From positions 45,324,001-45,388,000 of the forward strand of contig NW_024704742.1 of the NCBI RefSeq assembly GCF_018977255.1: 64,000 bases of DNA. Direction: 5' to 3'. Both the position numbers and the translations under genes were made by a program. Shown here one piece after another: positions 1-13,290 of this stretch; position 1 is the stretch's first letter; each line of letters opens with the position of its first letter. The DNA comes from Callorhinchus milii (taxonomy: Eukaryota). The notes beneath the pieces were generated by a model. It made no database searches. It saw only the letters and a program-made list of their open reading frames with translations, and was not told the origin of the DNA.

Positions 1-1330
1 ACCCTCGTTCGCTCTAATCTCTCACACTATCATCCTGTTTCCAACCTACCCTTCCTTGCCAAAGTCCTGGAACGCATTGTTGTAGGTCAACTTCAGTCAC
101 ACCTCTCCCTCCAATCCCTCCTCGAGTCACTGCAGTCTGGTTTTTGCCCTGCCCACAGCACAGAAACAGCGCTTGTCAAAGTCACAGACAATATTCTCTC
201 TATCTGTGACCAGGACTGCCTCTACCTCCTCATCCTCCTGGATCTCTCTGCTGGTTCGACACAGTCGACCACACCATCCTCCTCCATCGGCTCTCCTCCT
301 TCATCTACCTCAATGGGACCGCACTCGCATGGTTTGAGTCCTACTTAACCAACCGCCTCCATTTCATCTCAGCAAATGTTTTCTCATCCTGCCTCCGCCC
401 AGTCACCTGCAGGGTACCCCAGGCCTCCATCTTTGAACTTTTTATTTTCCTTATCTTTATGCTCCCTCTGGGTGATTTCATCTGCAGACACAGGGTAAAC
501 TTATGCATGTATGCGGATGACACATAGGTCCAACGATGTTCTATCAGCTTGTCTGGCAGACACCAAAGCTTGGATAGGTGTAAACTTCCTGTGTTGAATA
601 TCGACATGAAGTAAGGAATATAGACATACTCCTTGGCTCTTGTCAACGTCTTCATTCCTGCGGATCTAAACTCCTCAACCTCCCTGGGCTCTCCCTCAGA
701 CTCACGGAACCACTGCACAATTTAAGTGTCTGGTTGGACTCCCAGTTGTGCTTCCTTCCCCACATCCGGTTCCTGACCAGGACCATCTCCTTCCACCTCC
801 GCCACATTGCCCGCCTCTGACTGTACCTTACCCCAAATGCAACTGAAACCCTTGTGCATGTTTGTGTCACCTCCCGCTTGGATTACTCCAACATGCTCCA
901 CGCCAATCTCTCCAGCTGCATGATTCACAAGATCCAGCTCATTCAAAACTCTGCCACTGGCTCACTGACCCGGACTACACATCGTATCCACCTCTCATCC
1001 TCAGTTCTGGCCAGGCTCCACCGGCTCCGCATGACCGAATGGATCAATTTCAAGATCTTCAAACTCGTGTTCAAATCCATTGATTCCCTGGCACCTCCCT
1101 CCATCTCCGATCTCCTCACTCCCCAATCCACCACCCGGGGCTCCGCTCGCCTGGCACTGGCCTCCTGCTCGTTGCTCACACCCTCTGCCCCACCATCGGA
1201 TGTCGCACTTTCAGCCACTACCACCACAACTCTGACACTCTCCCTCAATCCCTCCTCCTTGCCCCCTCTCTCCCCTCTTTCAAGTCCTGCCTGAAAACTT
1301 TCCTCTTTGACCGTACTTACGGCAACCTTG
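1..1330 (+). mobile_element. Decayed L2-clade LINE ORF2 (reverse transcriptase to C-terminal region)
   Basis: Frame 1 reads YHPVSNLPFLAKVLE...QSGFCPAHSTETALVKVTDNIL; then GVPQASI (~411), MYADDT* (~507) and TSRLDYSN...IQNSA...FKIFKLVFKS (ORF 854-1294); frameshifts and stops present. Confidence 0.9.
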
Positions 1331-1349
1331 CAACTAAGGTTGACTAAGC

Positions 1350-1690
1350 TGACACTCCAATGCAACGCTGGGAGTTTGTTGAATTGTTGAAGGTGCTGTC
1401 CTTTGGGTGTGACATTAAACCAAGGTACCATTTGCCTGTTCAAATGGATGTTAAAAGATTCCATGGGACTATTTGAAAAGAGAATGGATTTTTTCCAGGT
1501 CAATAATTCCCCAAATAAAATTGGTCATTCACTCCATCACTGTTTGTGGGACCCTGTTGTAAGCAAAACTGTCTGCCACATTTTACCCGCAAAATGCAGT
1601 CGGTCCACTTTACAGTATATCCTGTGAAGTGCTTTGAGACATCCCAACGACGTGGTAAGGTGCAATGTCAAATAGAAGCACTATTATTAC
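1350..1690 (+). mobile_element. DeuSINE-type (SacSINE1-like) SINE, head missing
   Basis: GGTGCTGTCCTTTGG..GACATTAAAC..GGATGTTAAAAGATTCCATGG..TATTTGAAAAGAG body followed by the shared TGTGAAGTGCTTTGAGAC tail; homologous to 24098-24400, 31755-32190 and 33433-33862. Confidence 0.75.
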
Positions 1691-2417
1691 TAAGGGTGGA
1701 AAACCATTACTGTGCATTACTTTCCCTTTAAAATGTTCTCTTTGTAACAAGAAAAATTTCAAATAGAACACTATATAAGTTGAAAAAAAACAGTTGTGCC
1801 AAAAATCTTAAAATTCTAATTCAATTCAAAAACACACAGACAAGATCAAAGCTAGACAGTCTTCATTGGCTACTAATAACGTGTCAACCAAGAAATGATG
1901 GATAACTGAATTATTTTGTTTGAACTCTCACAAAGACATAAATGCTGAGGTAACAACAAAATGTCCTATCATGCAAATCTGTCACATACCGCAGCAGATT
2001 TTCTCCAATCCAGATTAATCTTTGTACTGATTTGTTTTTCAAAGCAATTTATTGTTTTTGAATATAACTTTGCACACTGAAACTTTGTTAATAATGCACC
2101 TCACTTAATTTTAAGAGATTAGACAAAAATATGTGAGAAATGGAATCACGGTGTTTTCGGAATGTAAAGGAGCTTACTTATATCCTCTACAACCCCATAA
2201 GTTATACTGTGCCTTTCATGTAAGGTAATGTCTCAGAGTGCTGTACAAAGATGGGATTGAATGTTGAGCAAGGAAGAGGGTTGGGGGGCAAGGGTGGCCA
2301 TAGGCAACAAAGAGGTAGCTTTTAATGCAGGACTTAATGCAGCAAATGAATAGGGGTCAAGGTGGAGGGGTAGTTGCAAGTTGATGTTGTTTAGTTTACT
2401 ATACGCCTTAGAATTAG

Positions 2418-2853
2418 AACAAAAACTTGCATGTATATAGCGCCCTTCACGCGGGGTAGCATCCTGGAGCGCTTCACAGTGGCGGAGCTAAGGGGAGAGG
2501 GAAGAGGGAGGTAACAGTAAGCACGATCAAAAAGGAAGGTCTTTGGCAGGATTTGAAAGTGTCGGTGGGTGGGGGAGGGCAAGGCAGAGGGATTGAGGGA
2601 GAGAATTCCAGAGTTTCGGGGTGCAGCGGCTGAAGGCACGGCCAACGATGCTAGAGCGGCAGGCTTGAGGGACATTTAGGAGGCCGGAGCCAGCCGAGTG
2701 GAGACAGCAGTTGGTGGAGTGGGGGTTTAAAGCAGGTTGGATAGGTAGGGAATTGTGAGGGAATTAAGTGATTTGAAAACGAGTGAGAGGATCTTGAAGT
2801 CAATCCGTTCAGTGATTGGGAGCTTGTGGAGACTGGCAAGGAACTGGTGTGAT
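2418..2853 (-). mobile_element. L2 LINE 3' end
   Basis: Minus strand ends GTGAAGCGCTCCAGGATGCTACCCCGCGTGAAGGGCGCTATATACATGCAAGTTTTTGTT; body homologous to 1020-1330 and 24577-25140. Confidence 0.85.
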
Positions 2854-2914
2854 AGAACTGATTACAATAAACTTGGTAAACTCGTTACCCATTAGTAGCG
2901 AGTTATGATATATT

Positions 2915-3282
2915 GTGGGGTCCTGTAACTCAGTGGTTAGAGCACTCACCTCGCAAGCAAGAGACCTGGGTTCGATTCCCAGCAGGGCAAGTTGGGCAAG
3001 TTTTCTTATCCCACAAACCTCTGTTTACCTGGCAGTAAGTAGGATCCTGGTTGTTAGTAGATTGGCGGATCACTTTTCCAGGGGTAATAATTTTTCCCCA
3101 AAAAATAAATTGGTCGCTAAATTCACGAATGTTTGTGGGACATTGTGGTGCACAATTGGCTGCCGTGTTTTGCCCACATAATATGCAGTCAATTCACTTT
3201 ACAGTATATTCTGTGAAGCGCTTTGAGATGCCTGAAGACTTGATAAGGTGCTATATCAAATGCAAGGATTATTATTATTATT
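2915..3282 (+). mobile_element. Full-length tRNA-derived SINE (chimeric family, copy 1)
   Basis: Pol III A box TAACTCAGTGG, B box GGTTCGATTCC, central GGGCAAGTT..CCTCTGTTTACC segment, L2-like tail and (ATT)n; further copies at 32514-32832 and 43461-43822. Confidence 0.9.
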
Positions 3283-3659
3283 GAGTTAGGCATAGATGCT
3301 CCTACTGGCCATAGGAGGCGCTGTGAGTATATATACAGTAACAGACTGAGCAGCTGTCAGTGGGACGGAGTAATTCTGGCCGTGCGACTGTCAGTTTATT
3401 TATTACAACTCACTTAAATATAATTTATTTGTTAAAACTTCATCTCCCTCTCACTCGCTCAGCCAACACCTGCTTGCTGCAGACTGAGCATGCACACCTG
3501 ATAGAATAGGAGACCAAGGCACAGCCCTCCAATAGACCAGAGCCTCTGTGATGCATCTGAGAATGTGCGCCCAACCTCCGCTGAGCACCTGTGCCAATCA
3601 CAGGACAGGCCTGGAGTTCTCTGTGTTGAAAGATGCCATCTCTTTTTTTTGGTCAACCG

Positions 3660-3880
3660 GATTCTGACACATGCGGAAACCCATCACCATTGATAACAAT
3701 ATCCAAACCGGACTGAGAATTCCATGCATCCCACCTACACATGGAAATCCTAGCGATAGCTTATTGGAATAGAATGCAGACTCTCTCCCTGGAGAGGCAC
3801 ATTCTGCTTACCTAATTCTGGAAATTATTAGGCACAGGTTGGCAAGAGCCAAGGCTTGGGACCCCAGAGTTGCAGTCCAA
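3660..3880 (+). repeat. Unclassified interspersed repeat, copy 1
   Basis: 3712-3870 aligns to the reverse complement of 44460-44610 (CCATGCATCCCACC..CTCTCTCCCTGGAG..GAGCCAAGGCTTGGG). Confidence 0.7.
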
Positions 3881-5019
3881 TGCACACTCTGGAACCAGAC
3901 TACCGAGACTGCCACAGAGGGCTGGCTCAATTCCGTTGCCAAACATGTCACCTTGGAGCCAGTTCAGCTCCAAGGAGACCCCACTTGCCTCCCATCCAAG
4001 GAGGATAAAACACTTATAGGATGAGTTAGCTGATGAATTTTACATGATAAGTACTTACAAGAATTTCTAGAATGGGCTAAGCAGAGTGACAGGTAAAGCA
4101 ATGTCCTTCATCAATACTTTGCAGGGAAAGTGGCCAGGATATTGACAGTATGGCAAGTTAAGTGATCATAACAAATTAAGTCAGGGTCGACTTGACCAGA
4201 GTTTACTGTGTGCACTTTTGTAACAAACATTTCAAAGGCATTCACCTTTCTGAAGCTGATTAGAAAAAAAATTAATTGTGCCTCAGAATTTAAAACAGAT
4301 GTTTCTTCATTGCCTGTTCCCCCAAATTTAAAAATTATTTGACTGAAGATCATAATTTAAACAATATATTGTTTTTTTAAAATCTAATATATTTTGCATT
4401 ATATGTCAGCAGAAAAACAGACACTATAAGCAGTAGAAAAGGAACAATAAACTCGAAAATATGTTGCGTAAAACCTGCTGATAGTTTACATAAACACAGA
4501 TATCCAATAGGTTCTAAATTGGCTAAAATAAAATGGAACATTCAATATTGAAAATGGTATATACTTGTCTACCCATATCGCCTCTTAAGCTGTGTTTAAT
4601 TTAAAGAAATATTGAACTTGTTTAGACTTTCTTTTTGATTGACAATATCATGTCTTTTGAGGACAGATGCAACACTGAACATACAATACAAAACAACAGA
4701 CATGTGCTTTGGTGTGGTGTGGTGCTCTGGTAGATAAACCACTTGTAAGAAGGAGTCTCACATTAATCATGAAGCGATACTTCGGAAAGTAAAAACTAAT
4801 TTTGGTAGCACACTCTACTGCCATTTCTACTTCATTAATTGAAGAGAAGACCATCTTGTCTGTACTTTGCAATTAGTAGTAAAAATTGCGCAAGTGCTTC
4901 TGGACAGGTAAGTAGTGTTTTACTCATATAGGTATCATGTTTGAAGTTGGGATTTACACAATTTCATAGCTATGTGAGTCCGCAGTGAAAATGCAACTCC
5001 CTGCTTGCACTACTGCAAC

Positions 5020-5731
5020 AACAGTGAATAAAGTGGTTAAAAGTCTTGAAGGTGGCAGGACAGGTTGATAGAGATGTTAAAAACATATGGCATCCTTGGG
5101 TGTATAAATAGAGGCATAGAGTACAAAAGTAAGGAAGCTCTGCTAAACCTTCATAAGTCACTGGTTAGGCCTCAACTGGAGTATTGTGTACAATTCTGGG
5201 CACCACATTTTAGGAAGGATATCAAGGCCTCGGAGAGGGTGAAGAGGAGATTTACCAAAATGGTACCTAGAATGAGGGACTTTAGTTATGTGGAGAGACT
5301 AGATAAGCTGGGATTGTTCTCATTGGAGCAGAGAAAGTAAAGGGAATATTTAATAGAGGTGTTTAAAATTATGAGGGGCTTTGATGAGAGTAGATAGGGA
5401 GAAACTGTTTCCACTGGCAGGAGGGGCGGTAACTAGGGCACATAGATTTAAGATAATTGGCAAACGAACCAGAGGGGAGATGAAGTGAAATTGTTTTACT
5501 AAGAGAATTGTTATGCTCTGGAATGCACTGCCTGAAAGGGTGGTAGAAACAGATTCAATAACAACTGTCAAAAGGGAATTAGATAGGTACTTGTAAAAGA
5601 AAAAAAAAATTGGAAGGATATGGGGTAAGAGGAGGGGAGTGGGACTGATTGGGTAGCTCTTCCAAAGTGCCGGCACAGGCATGATGGGCCGAATGGCTTT
5701 CTTCTGTGCTGTAATATTTTATGATTTTATG
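5020..5731 (+). mobile_element. CR1-clade LINE 3' end
   Basis: ORF 5065-5340 ILGCINRGIEYKSKE..LVRPQLEYCVQFWAPHFRKDI..LGLFSLEQRK; ends GGGCCGAATGG..TTCTGTGCTG plus a TTTTATGA-type 8-mer tail. Confidence 0.92.
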
Positions 5732-6138
5732 CAAATCCAAAAGTAACAAGAAGTGATAGCAGATTTTCGTTACTGAAGCCTCTAGGTGGAGCTGTAGAGA
5801 TTCTTTTTTACTTTGTGTCTTCCTCAGTCTGTCTCGTAGCTTTTACCACGATCTCTCGTACCCTTGTTTTCCCTCTTTTTCTCATACCCTGTAGAATTTC
5901 TACATTTTATGAATAATGCTTTATTTGTATTTTGAGTGTTACCACTCTGTGCTCTTGTGCCTTTTTATCTAGAAGTTTTGAAAAAAGAGAAAAAGAATTA
6001 CATATCCTCTTAAATCAATAAAGTGTAGAACAACATAGGGGAATACTGTTATTGGAATATCTCCGATCACATATGTTTAGCATTGAAAAGCAATTTAATT
6101 GCATTTTCACTCACCGTATCCCACTCCTGATTTTCTAT

Positions 6139-6278
6139 ATAATAATAATAATCCTTGCATTTGATATAGAGCCTTATCACATCTTTGCAATGTCTCAAAG
6201 CGCTTCTCAGAATATACTGTAAAGTGAATTGACTGTATTTTGTGGGTGAAACACAGCAGCCAATTGTGCACAGCAATT
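6139..6278 (-). mobile_element. 5'-truncated SINE 3' fragment
   Basis: (AAT)n CCTTGCATTTGATATAG..TCTCAAAGCGCTTC..ACTGTAAAGTGAATTGACTG, matching the tail of 2915-3282. Confidence 0.85.
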
Positions 6279-9200
6279 ATTATATAATTATGCAATTTTC
6301 TTGAGAAGCATAACCAGTTCCTACCAGATCCATCATCAAAACAGTTTCTTTAATAATATTTAGTTGTCTGATTTACAAATATTCTGAACAGAGTTCATAG
6401 AAATGTTCAGGCAACATTTTAAAGTAAGATGACATTCTTCAGCACATTCAATGTTTGATAAATCTGATAATTACACAATCCTTGTTAAGAAAAAAACACA
6501 CACGAGTCTCCATTATATGCCTACATATGTGTTTCTAATCTGTTTAATAATCCTACTTTGGGTTCCCTATGTATCTCTGCAACTCAATCCACATTTCCAT
6601 TAAGTTCATATCTTTCCTTCGCTTGGGTAGTTGTTTTCTGCGTTAAAATTATATTTGGTGCTTTACTTTTAAAGGCTACAAAAATATTACCTTTGCACAA
6701 AAAGGAAATGATAACACATATGTGTATTAATCATATCTATAAAAAAATGGTGATCATGGTTTTGATTTAAGTTAGAATCCAAGTGGTTTGTTTGAGATAA
6801 CTGGCAAAGCGCTCCCAGATGCTGTCCGGCATGTCGGGCGCTATATAAATAAAGTTGTTGTTGTTAGAACTTTGCTCAAAGACTTCAAGGTCAAAACTAC
6901 CATTAGACTGAATGGTGAAGAAAGGCAAGAGAATATCTCATTAGATTCAAGGGGTACTATTATCCCATTTAGGGAAGGCTCATATCCGAATACTGGCTTT
7001 GGATTGCGCATTTGGTGTGACTGTTTTGCTGATATTTTTGACTCGCTGGTTCCAAAGGCCGATTTCAAACTGCTGATGTTGAGTAAGATTGTTGCAGATG
7101 AGATTACCTCCTGGAAGCATATTTTTTTCCATTTTTCCACTATTTGTTGTACAACTGCAATCTATGTGGATTTCACTTTTGACTGAACTTTTTTAAAACA
7201 CTGTTTTAAAATCAGGCTGGTGCAACCTTTTGATTTCTGCTGGTTGAAAAGAATGAACCCAGCTCTTTTCAGTTGGAAGAGGCTTATCTTAATTGCCATG
7301 GTGCAAGATATGAAGAAGAGTAGAAAATGTTCACTTGGACACAAATATTGATATCAGAATGGTTGAAACATGTTACCAGATAGACACTGATCTTAAGGGC
7401 CAGCAAACATCTTTTTATGCACAATTTGAGTAGTTATACGTGAAAACTCAGCACCTGCCTTTCCCAACTCTACCACAATGTAAGAAGGCAGTGTAACCAC
7501 TCAATTGCTGCTGAAATGTTACTCTACTCCATCCATTGGTGTAATGTAAGAACAACACAGGACACATATGAATAGCTGGCCCTTCTAACCTTCCACCAAG
7601 CTGGCTGTAGATAATGTTTACAGCATAAAAGATGCCATCTGTTCTTCATTGCAAACATTTACAATGGATTTGCGTGCTCTTTTGTTATTTATTTTATTGA
7701 AGTTCACAATCTCAGTTCAGCTGTGATTGGTTATGCAAAGTTCATATCACTGATGATATATCGCACAAGCCTCTTTTCAAACTCGGTAAAGGTATGCAAG
7801 AGATTTGAATTATGTGAACTGGGTGTATGAATAAACCTTGCGTGTCATTTTAACTAATAGATCTGAGGAATGCTGCACAACTTGTAATGGACACAGTTTG
7901 CTGACAAAGGACTTTTCAAAAAAACAAGAACTTCATGACTTTCACCCAGTGAGGAGGACTAATCTGCTTATTGATAATATAAACTGATGAATCTCTCATT
8001 ATTTTACATCCAGGTGTAATGAGAACCACTGCTTTCTGAATTCTAATTTTGTGGTGAAGTGAGCAGCAGGGAGAGCTGTAAAGTTAGAATCAGTTGTAAA
8101 GCTAAAATAATAATTTTGCAGCTATCCACTCAAAGTCATACCTTTGTATTTCCATCTTCCTTTTCACTATTCAATAATTTCTATCACTGCAACGTAACTT
8201 ATTGGAGTCTGATTTGGGAGATTTAAAGAAGGATTTATGGATAGGGTATCCTGCAGTTACCCAGGCGTGGCTCAAGCTTGACATTTTGAAACTCTGGTAA
8301 GTTGCTGATATCAGCTTCCACTTTGGTAATACTGGTTTAAGGGCGCAGGAGGCTCCTGGTAGCCCAGTAGGAAATCAGTATCTTGTAGGCTCCGGGGGTT
8401 GGGGGTGGGGGGTTGGTGGGGTCAGACTGAGATACAACTGTGTACCAGCAGGATTCACTATTTACATGTACTCATATTTCAAATTAAATTGCAAATTATG
8501 TGAAGAGCTTTGAAGCTTCCCAATAGGGTAATAATACAAATCTTTAATCACAAGATCACAATATTGGTTTGGTTGAAGAAGGCCCCTTGGCCCATTTGAT
8601 CTCATTCTGAGAATACCATCCTGCTGACTCCCGATCATAGAATCAAACTTTATTTTTAAATGAATCGAGCGTCATAGCCACAAATACTCTTCCTGTGGTT
8701 TGTAGTTGATAGAGTGCCTTATTGTGTAAGCATGTTTCAAAGTATACAGTTTTCTGCAAAGCGTAGTGACTATATTTGTAGGCAAAATTACTATATCAAA
8801 TGAAAGTTCAGTGCTATTTAATATCATATTTTGGTAAAGTCTTGATGTTATTTTTTCTGTGCATGCTCACACACCATGTATTGGTGGTAGAATTTATGGC
8901 AATACTTTTGTAAAATCATATGATCCTGAAAGAAAAGGTTAATGTCTTTTAATTAAACCTTTTAAAAAACCTCCTAGTGCCTGATAATTGCAATGATATA
9001 ATAAGGGTACAGAGGGGATGTCAGGAACTCTGTTGATAAAATGTGCATTTGTCTAATCAGGTAGCAGGTGTTTCTGACAACTAACAGCAGATCTACAAAT
9101 GCTGAGCACACTTGAGTGCTTATCACAACCCTAAGAAAGCAGTTAAAAGAGCATTACTTTATCAGATAGCACAAACGCTCATTCTTGCAAAGAAAAGGCT

Positions 9201-9824
9201 TTATCAGCCCCCACAATTGCCATTGATTGTTAATCTGACAAATCAGGTTATCACCAAGGAGCTGAAAAAAACAGTAGAATTTGTCTTGCAAGTCTACTGC
9301 TGCAGTTGTACTGCAACATCTCCCATCAGTGTAAAGTCTTTTAGGACATTGCATTGATGCAAGTCACACAGCTAAGCTGCAATATGACCCTGCCAAACTC
9401 ATATTGATTCAGAGTTGTTCTCGTGGTGAGAGGTCATCTGGAAAAGGTGCTTTGACACTACATCTATGGTATCAGGTAATTGTATATCAGTGCCAAGTTT
9501 TTTTTAAATTAAAGTTAAAAATATCTTTTGGCAGTCTGCTGAATCACCTTTAACTTTCTAATAAAATAGAGATGATCTTCCCATCATCTTTTATCCCACT
9601 TTGGAAATTTCACCGGCAGTTGGAAATTGATAAGCAGCACAATATCACAATATCTCTACACGTATCTATGATCACACACTTCCCGGTTTCAGATTGAGTG
9701 AGCAGATAAAATAGCCACATCCTGTCGACTCACAACACTCTAAATATTATTGGCATAATCTGTGGTCTTAAAGATTATAAAGAAATATTATGGGATAAAT
9801 AGAATAAACTTTTTAATAATATCC

Positions 9825-10140
9825 TTTCATTTAACATAACGCTTTTCACATCAGAAGGATGGCTCAAAGGGCTTCACGGGATTCACTGTAAAGTGTAGTG
9901 ACCGTATTTTGTCGGTGAATGTGTTTCCACCGGCTGGAGAGTCAGTACCAAGCGGGCAGACTTAAAAACAATTACGAAAGGAAATAAAAGGGAGGTTAGA
10001 GAACAATTTTTCACATAGTGATTGGAATGAGGAATTCTCTGCTGTTGAAATACAGTCGCAAATTGTTTTAAAAGAGAATTGGATAGGCGTTTCCAAAAGA
10101 GGGATCTCAAACAATGTGGTGAGCAAAAAGAAGAGTGACA
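9825..10140. mobile_element. SINE tail (-) abutting a degraded CR1 3' fragment (+)
   Basis: GCTTTTCACATC..CTCAAAGGGCTTCAC..ACTGTAAAGTG, then TGTTTCCAC..GGAGAGTC..GAGAATTGGATAGG similar to 5400-5640. Confidence 0.65.
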
Positions 10141-12144
10141 AGATTAACTTCTAATGTACTTCTAGGCTTACGAATGTTACATTGTTTTCACTATGTCCTA
10201 CATTGAAGGCAAACTTAATATTTGAATATAGCTTTTCATTATTCTCATTATTTGTACAATATCATCCTTGGTCTTTTCTCCAGAAATATTGAATCAGTTT
10301 GCCTCTGTCTTACTCCATAAGTTTATCCCCAAATACTTGACTGCTTCCTTAGTCTTCCCATTGGTTTGCACTTTATTCTTTTCAAAGTCGGGTGGCTAGA
10401 ACCACACATCATTTTGGATTTTGGCTTCAACACTGACCTTACAAGCATTAGTCCAACTTATTCTGACGTGTAATTCATTGTTTCCAAGAAGTAATTTGCA
10501 TTGATGCCAATTGGGGCACATTGATTACAATCACTACTTTCAGTTTCAGGTTAGTGGGCACGAACCCAGCTCTTTCCTATCTACTTGTACCTTTCATGGA
10601 ACAGATCTTTATATTTCTTTTCTCTAAAGGTAGTCATTACATTACATTACATGTTTCCATGTTAAATTCATCTGCCATGCGCCGATCCATCTACTTAATT
10701 GGAAGATACTACATATTACCAATCCTGAAGGTTCAACCCCCGAATGCACAGTTTTGAGTGGTTTTAATGCTATTGTTTCCTCTTCTCACTTTGTTCTCTA
10801 TTACCAATATCATCATTGCTACAACATTATTTGTTGTACTGCTTGTTAAAACCTCCCAGCAAATTGAAGTTTAGAAAGAAAAGAATCACAAAACAATACG
10901 CAGTCAGTCTAAAACATTTCTTTCCTTAAAATAGTTGACTTAAATGTCAACTCCACCCTGCTTATAATTGCAGAGAAGCTACCTATAATTACAAGTAAGC
11001 TGAAATGTCAGTTGTCAGATTTCTATTTGTGCCCAACCGCAATGAATAAAGTAAGTAATGTTAAAAATGTTTGCATCTTATCTGATTTTATGGAGACAAG
11101 GGCGATGAGTTTACTTCGTGTGATCTGTACCCACAATGTTGTTGCTATAACACTCAATATGATATTTCAAGAAGTCAATGATACCATGGGACCTTTTTAT
11201 CATAACATTGTTTTCGTTAAAGCTTTTTGGTCAGAAATAATTATATAAAATGGAACTATTCATAAATAGAACGAAAGGTAAATCGATATCCATCTCTTCC
11301 AGAGTAAAATAATGTATCATTAATATGCTGCGCACTTTTCTGACCAAAGGAATGACAAAGTTACATCATCCTGATGTCCAAAATGCAAGATTTGATCCAT
11401 TAGTTACTGATATTTTAGGAGAGGAAAACAAAGTCGCATTAAATAATGTTTTAAATAATTGCTGTGCGTACCATTACCACTTCTGAATCTAAATGTTTGA
11501 ACAGTTGAGGAACAGGAAAGTACCCACACAGCTCACAAATAGACATCTGTTAGCACATGTGCGTGGTTGAGGTGTGAGATGAGGATACCCCCCCCACCAC
11601 CCCCCCAACCCCCCACCACCACCCCCAATTGCTGTTGAATAACCTGAGGACATTCACTATCTATTAACCTCTCGCAATCATCAGAATAAAGCACAAGGGA
11701 ACTGTCGGGTGTCTTAGTCCCTTACAGCTCACCAAAGAGTTAACATCTCCAGAAGGTGAGAGGGTTGAGAGAGAGAAAAATATAAACAAGAATCTTAAGA
11801 TGGGAATGGGCAGGAAACAGTTCAACATTGCACGAAAGATGAGGCAGGGAGTTATGCCACAGCCCCTAAACATTTAAAAAACCGGACTGACTTGCAAGCA
11901 GCAAAATTGGGATTTGGTGTTGAATTCGCACATATCAGGACATGACAGGGCTGTGCTGCTATCAGCAATGCATATACATACTCTGCAATGCTGATTTGAC
12001 TGTATAATGATTTGCCCTTTCAGCTTAAACTCAATTAAAAACAGAACGGGATTGCCCAGCATTCATCAAACACTGCAAAGTTGAAACCCCATGTTTTAGA
12101 ACTGGTCTTTTTTATACCCCTTAAACACTTAACGCTCAAAAAAC

Positions 12145-12190
12145 CCATCCATCCATCCATCCATCCATCCATCCATCCATCCATCCATCC
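12145..12190. repeat. (CCAT)n microsatellite
   Basis: About 11 perfect tetramer units. Confidence 0.97.
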
Positions 12191-13290
12191 TGTCCCTGTG
12201 CATTCTGCGTGTAATTGTGGCTCGGACTTGCTGGTCGCGTTCCTCCTGTGCACACTGACCCGTGCAAAAGGCGTGTCATTCACATGCAAAGTATCTTTGA
12301 TCTGCAAATGCCGACATTTGATTTGGGAATAAATAATATCGGAACCGATTAACGATGTTCGGGTGTCCAAGTGCGTTCAGGTATTACTTCGAATGATAAA
12401 CTCGATGTGCTACAGATCGCTTCTCTCCTCTCTCTCCCTCTCTCTGTCCCTCTCCTTTTTTTCGACTGTGGGGCTTTCCTGTCTGTGAGTATCATAACCA
12501 ATAACCGCTAAATAAACGTGTGGTGTGTCAGTGACTTCTCGCTTCCCCGTTTCCTTCTTAATAATACCTACTGTAAGTGCGATGTCTCGTCGCGCTTCGG
12601 GACCCCCTGCGCTCTGAAATGTAGTGACTGTCACGGAAGGTAAACGTGACCCATCGGGATCTGTGCTGTTTCCCGCTGACAGCGATGTTGGGGAGAACCC
12701 AATTGAATGGTGATGGTTGGTTTCCGCGTGTGAATGCGTTTGATGGCCGGGACAGGGATGGGGGGGTGGGGGGTGGGGGGGGGGACTCGACTCACACTGG
12801 ATCCCTCTTCAGAGCAGTGCTAAGTATGGGATCTTTTGACCTCCATCCCGACCCACTGGAACAGAAGGCGATCTGCATCTAATCTCTGTCTCTGTCTCTC
12901 TCTCTCTCTCTGTGTGTGAGTGAGTGTGAGTGAGTGCTCAGTTTTTGCTGCTATCGCCAGATTTTTGTTTCTCTTTTTTTTTTCTCCCTCTCTGTCATCA
13001 GTTTATTGGTGTGGGGAGTAACCCCCCCACCAACCCCCACCCCCCCCAACCCCCTGCGCAGGCGCCTGGTGTTATTCATCGCTGCCGCAGACAGTCAGTC
13101 AGACAGTCACTCTCTCCCTCTCTCTCTCTCTCACACACACACACGCACACACTCACTGCGCTGCGCTGCAGCCGTGCGTCTCGCTGACTCAGCTCAGCTC
13201 AGCTCAGCTCGGGCTCGGCTTCCATCACCAGCCAGAGACAAGCCTTCAACTTTACTCCTCCGGCAAATGCGTCTGCTCTCAGCCGACCCG

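Noticed and set aside
2917..2990. tRNA gene
   Set aside because: tRNA-like A/B boxes run straight into a SINE body with no T-run terminator; diverged dispersed copies exist
3306..3324. CTCF-like motif (also 5779-5794)
   Set aside because: Imperfect spacing or mismatch; cannot be supported without a PWM scan or ChIP data
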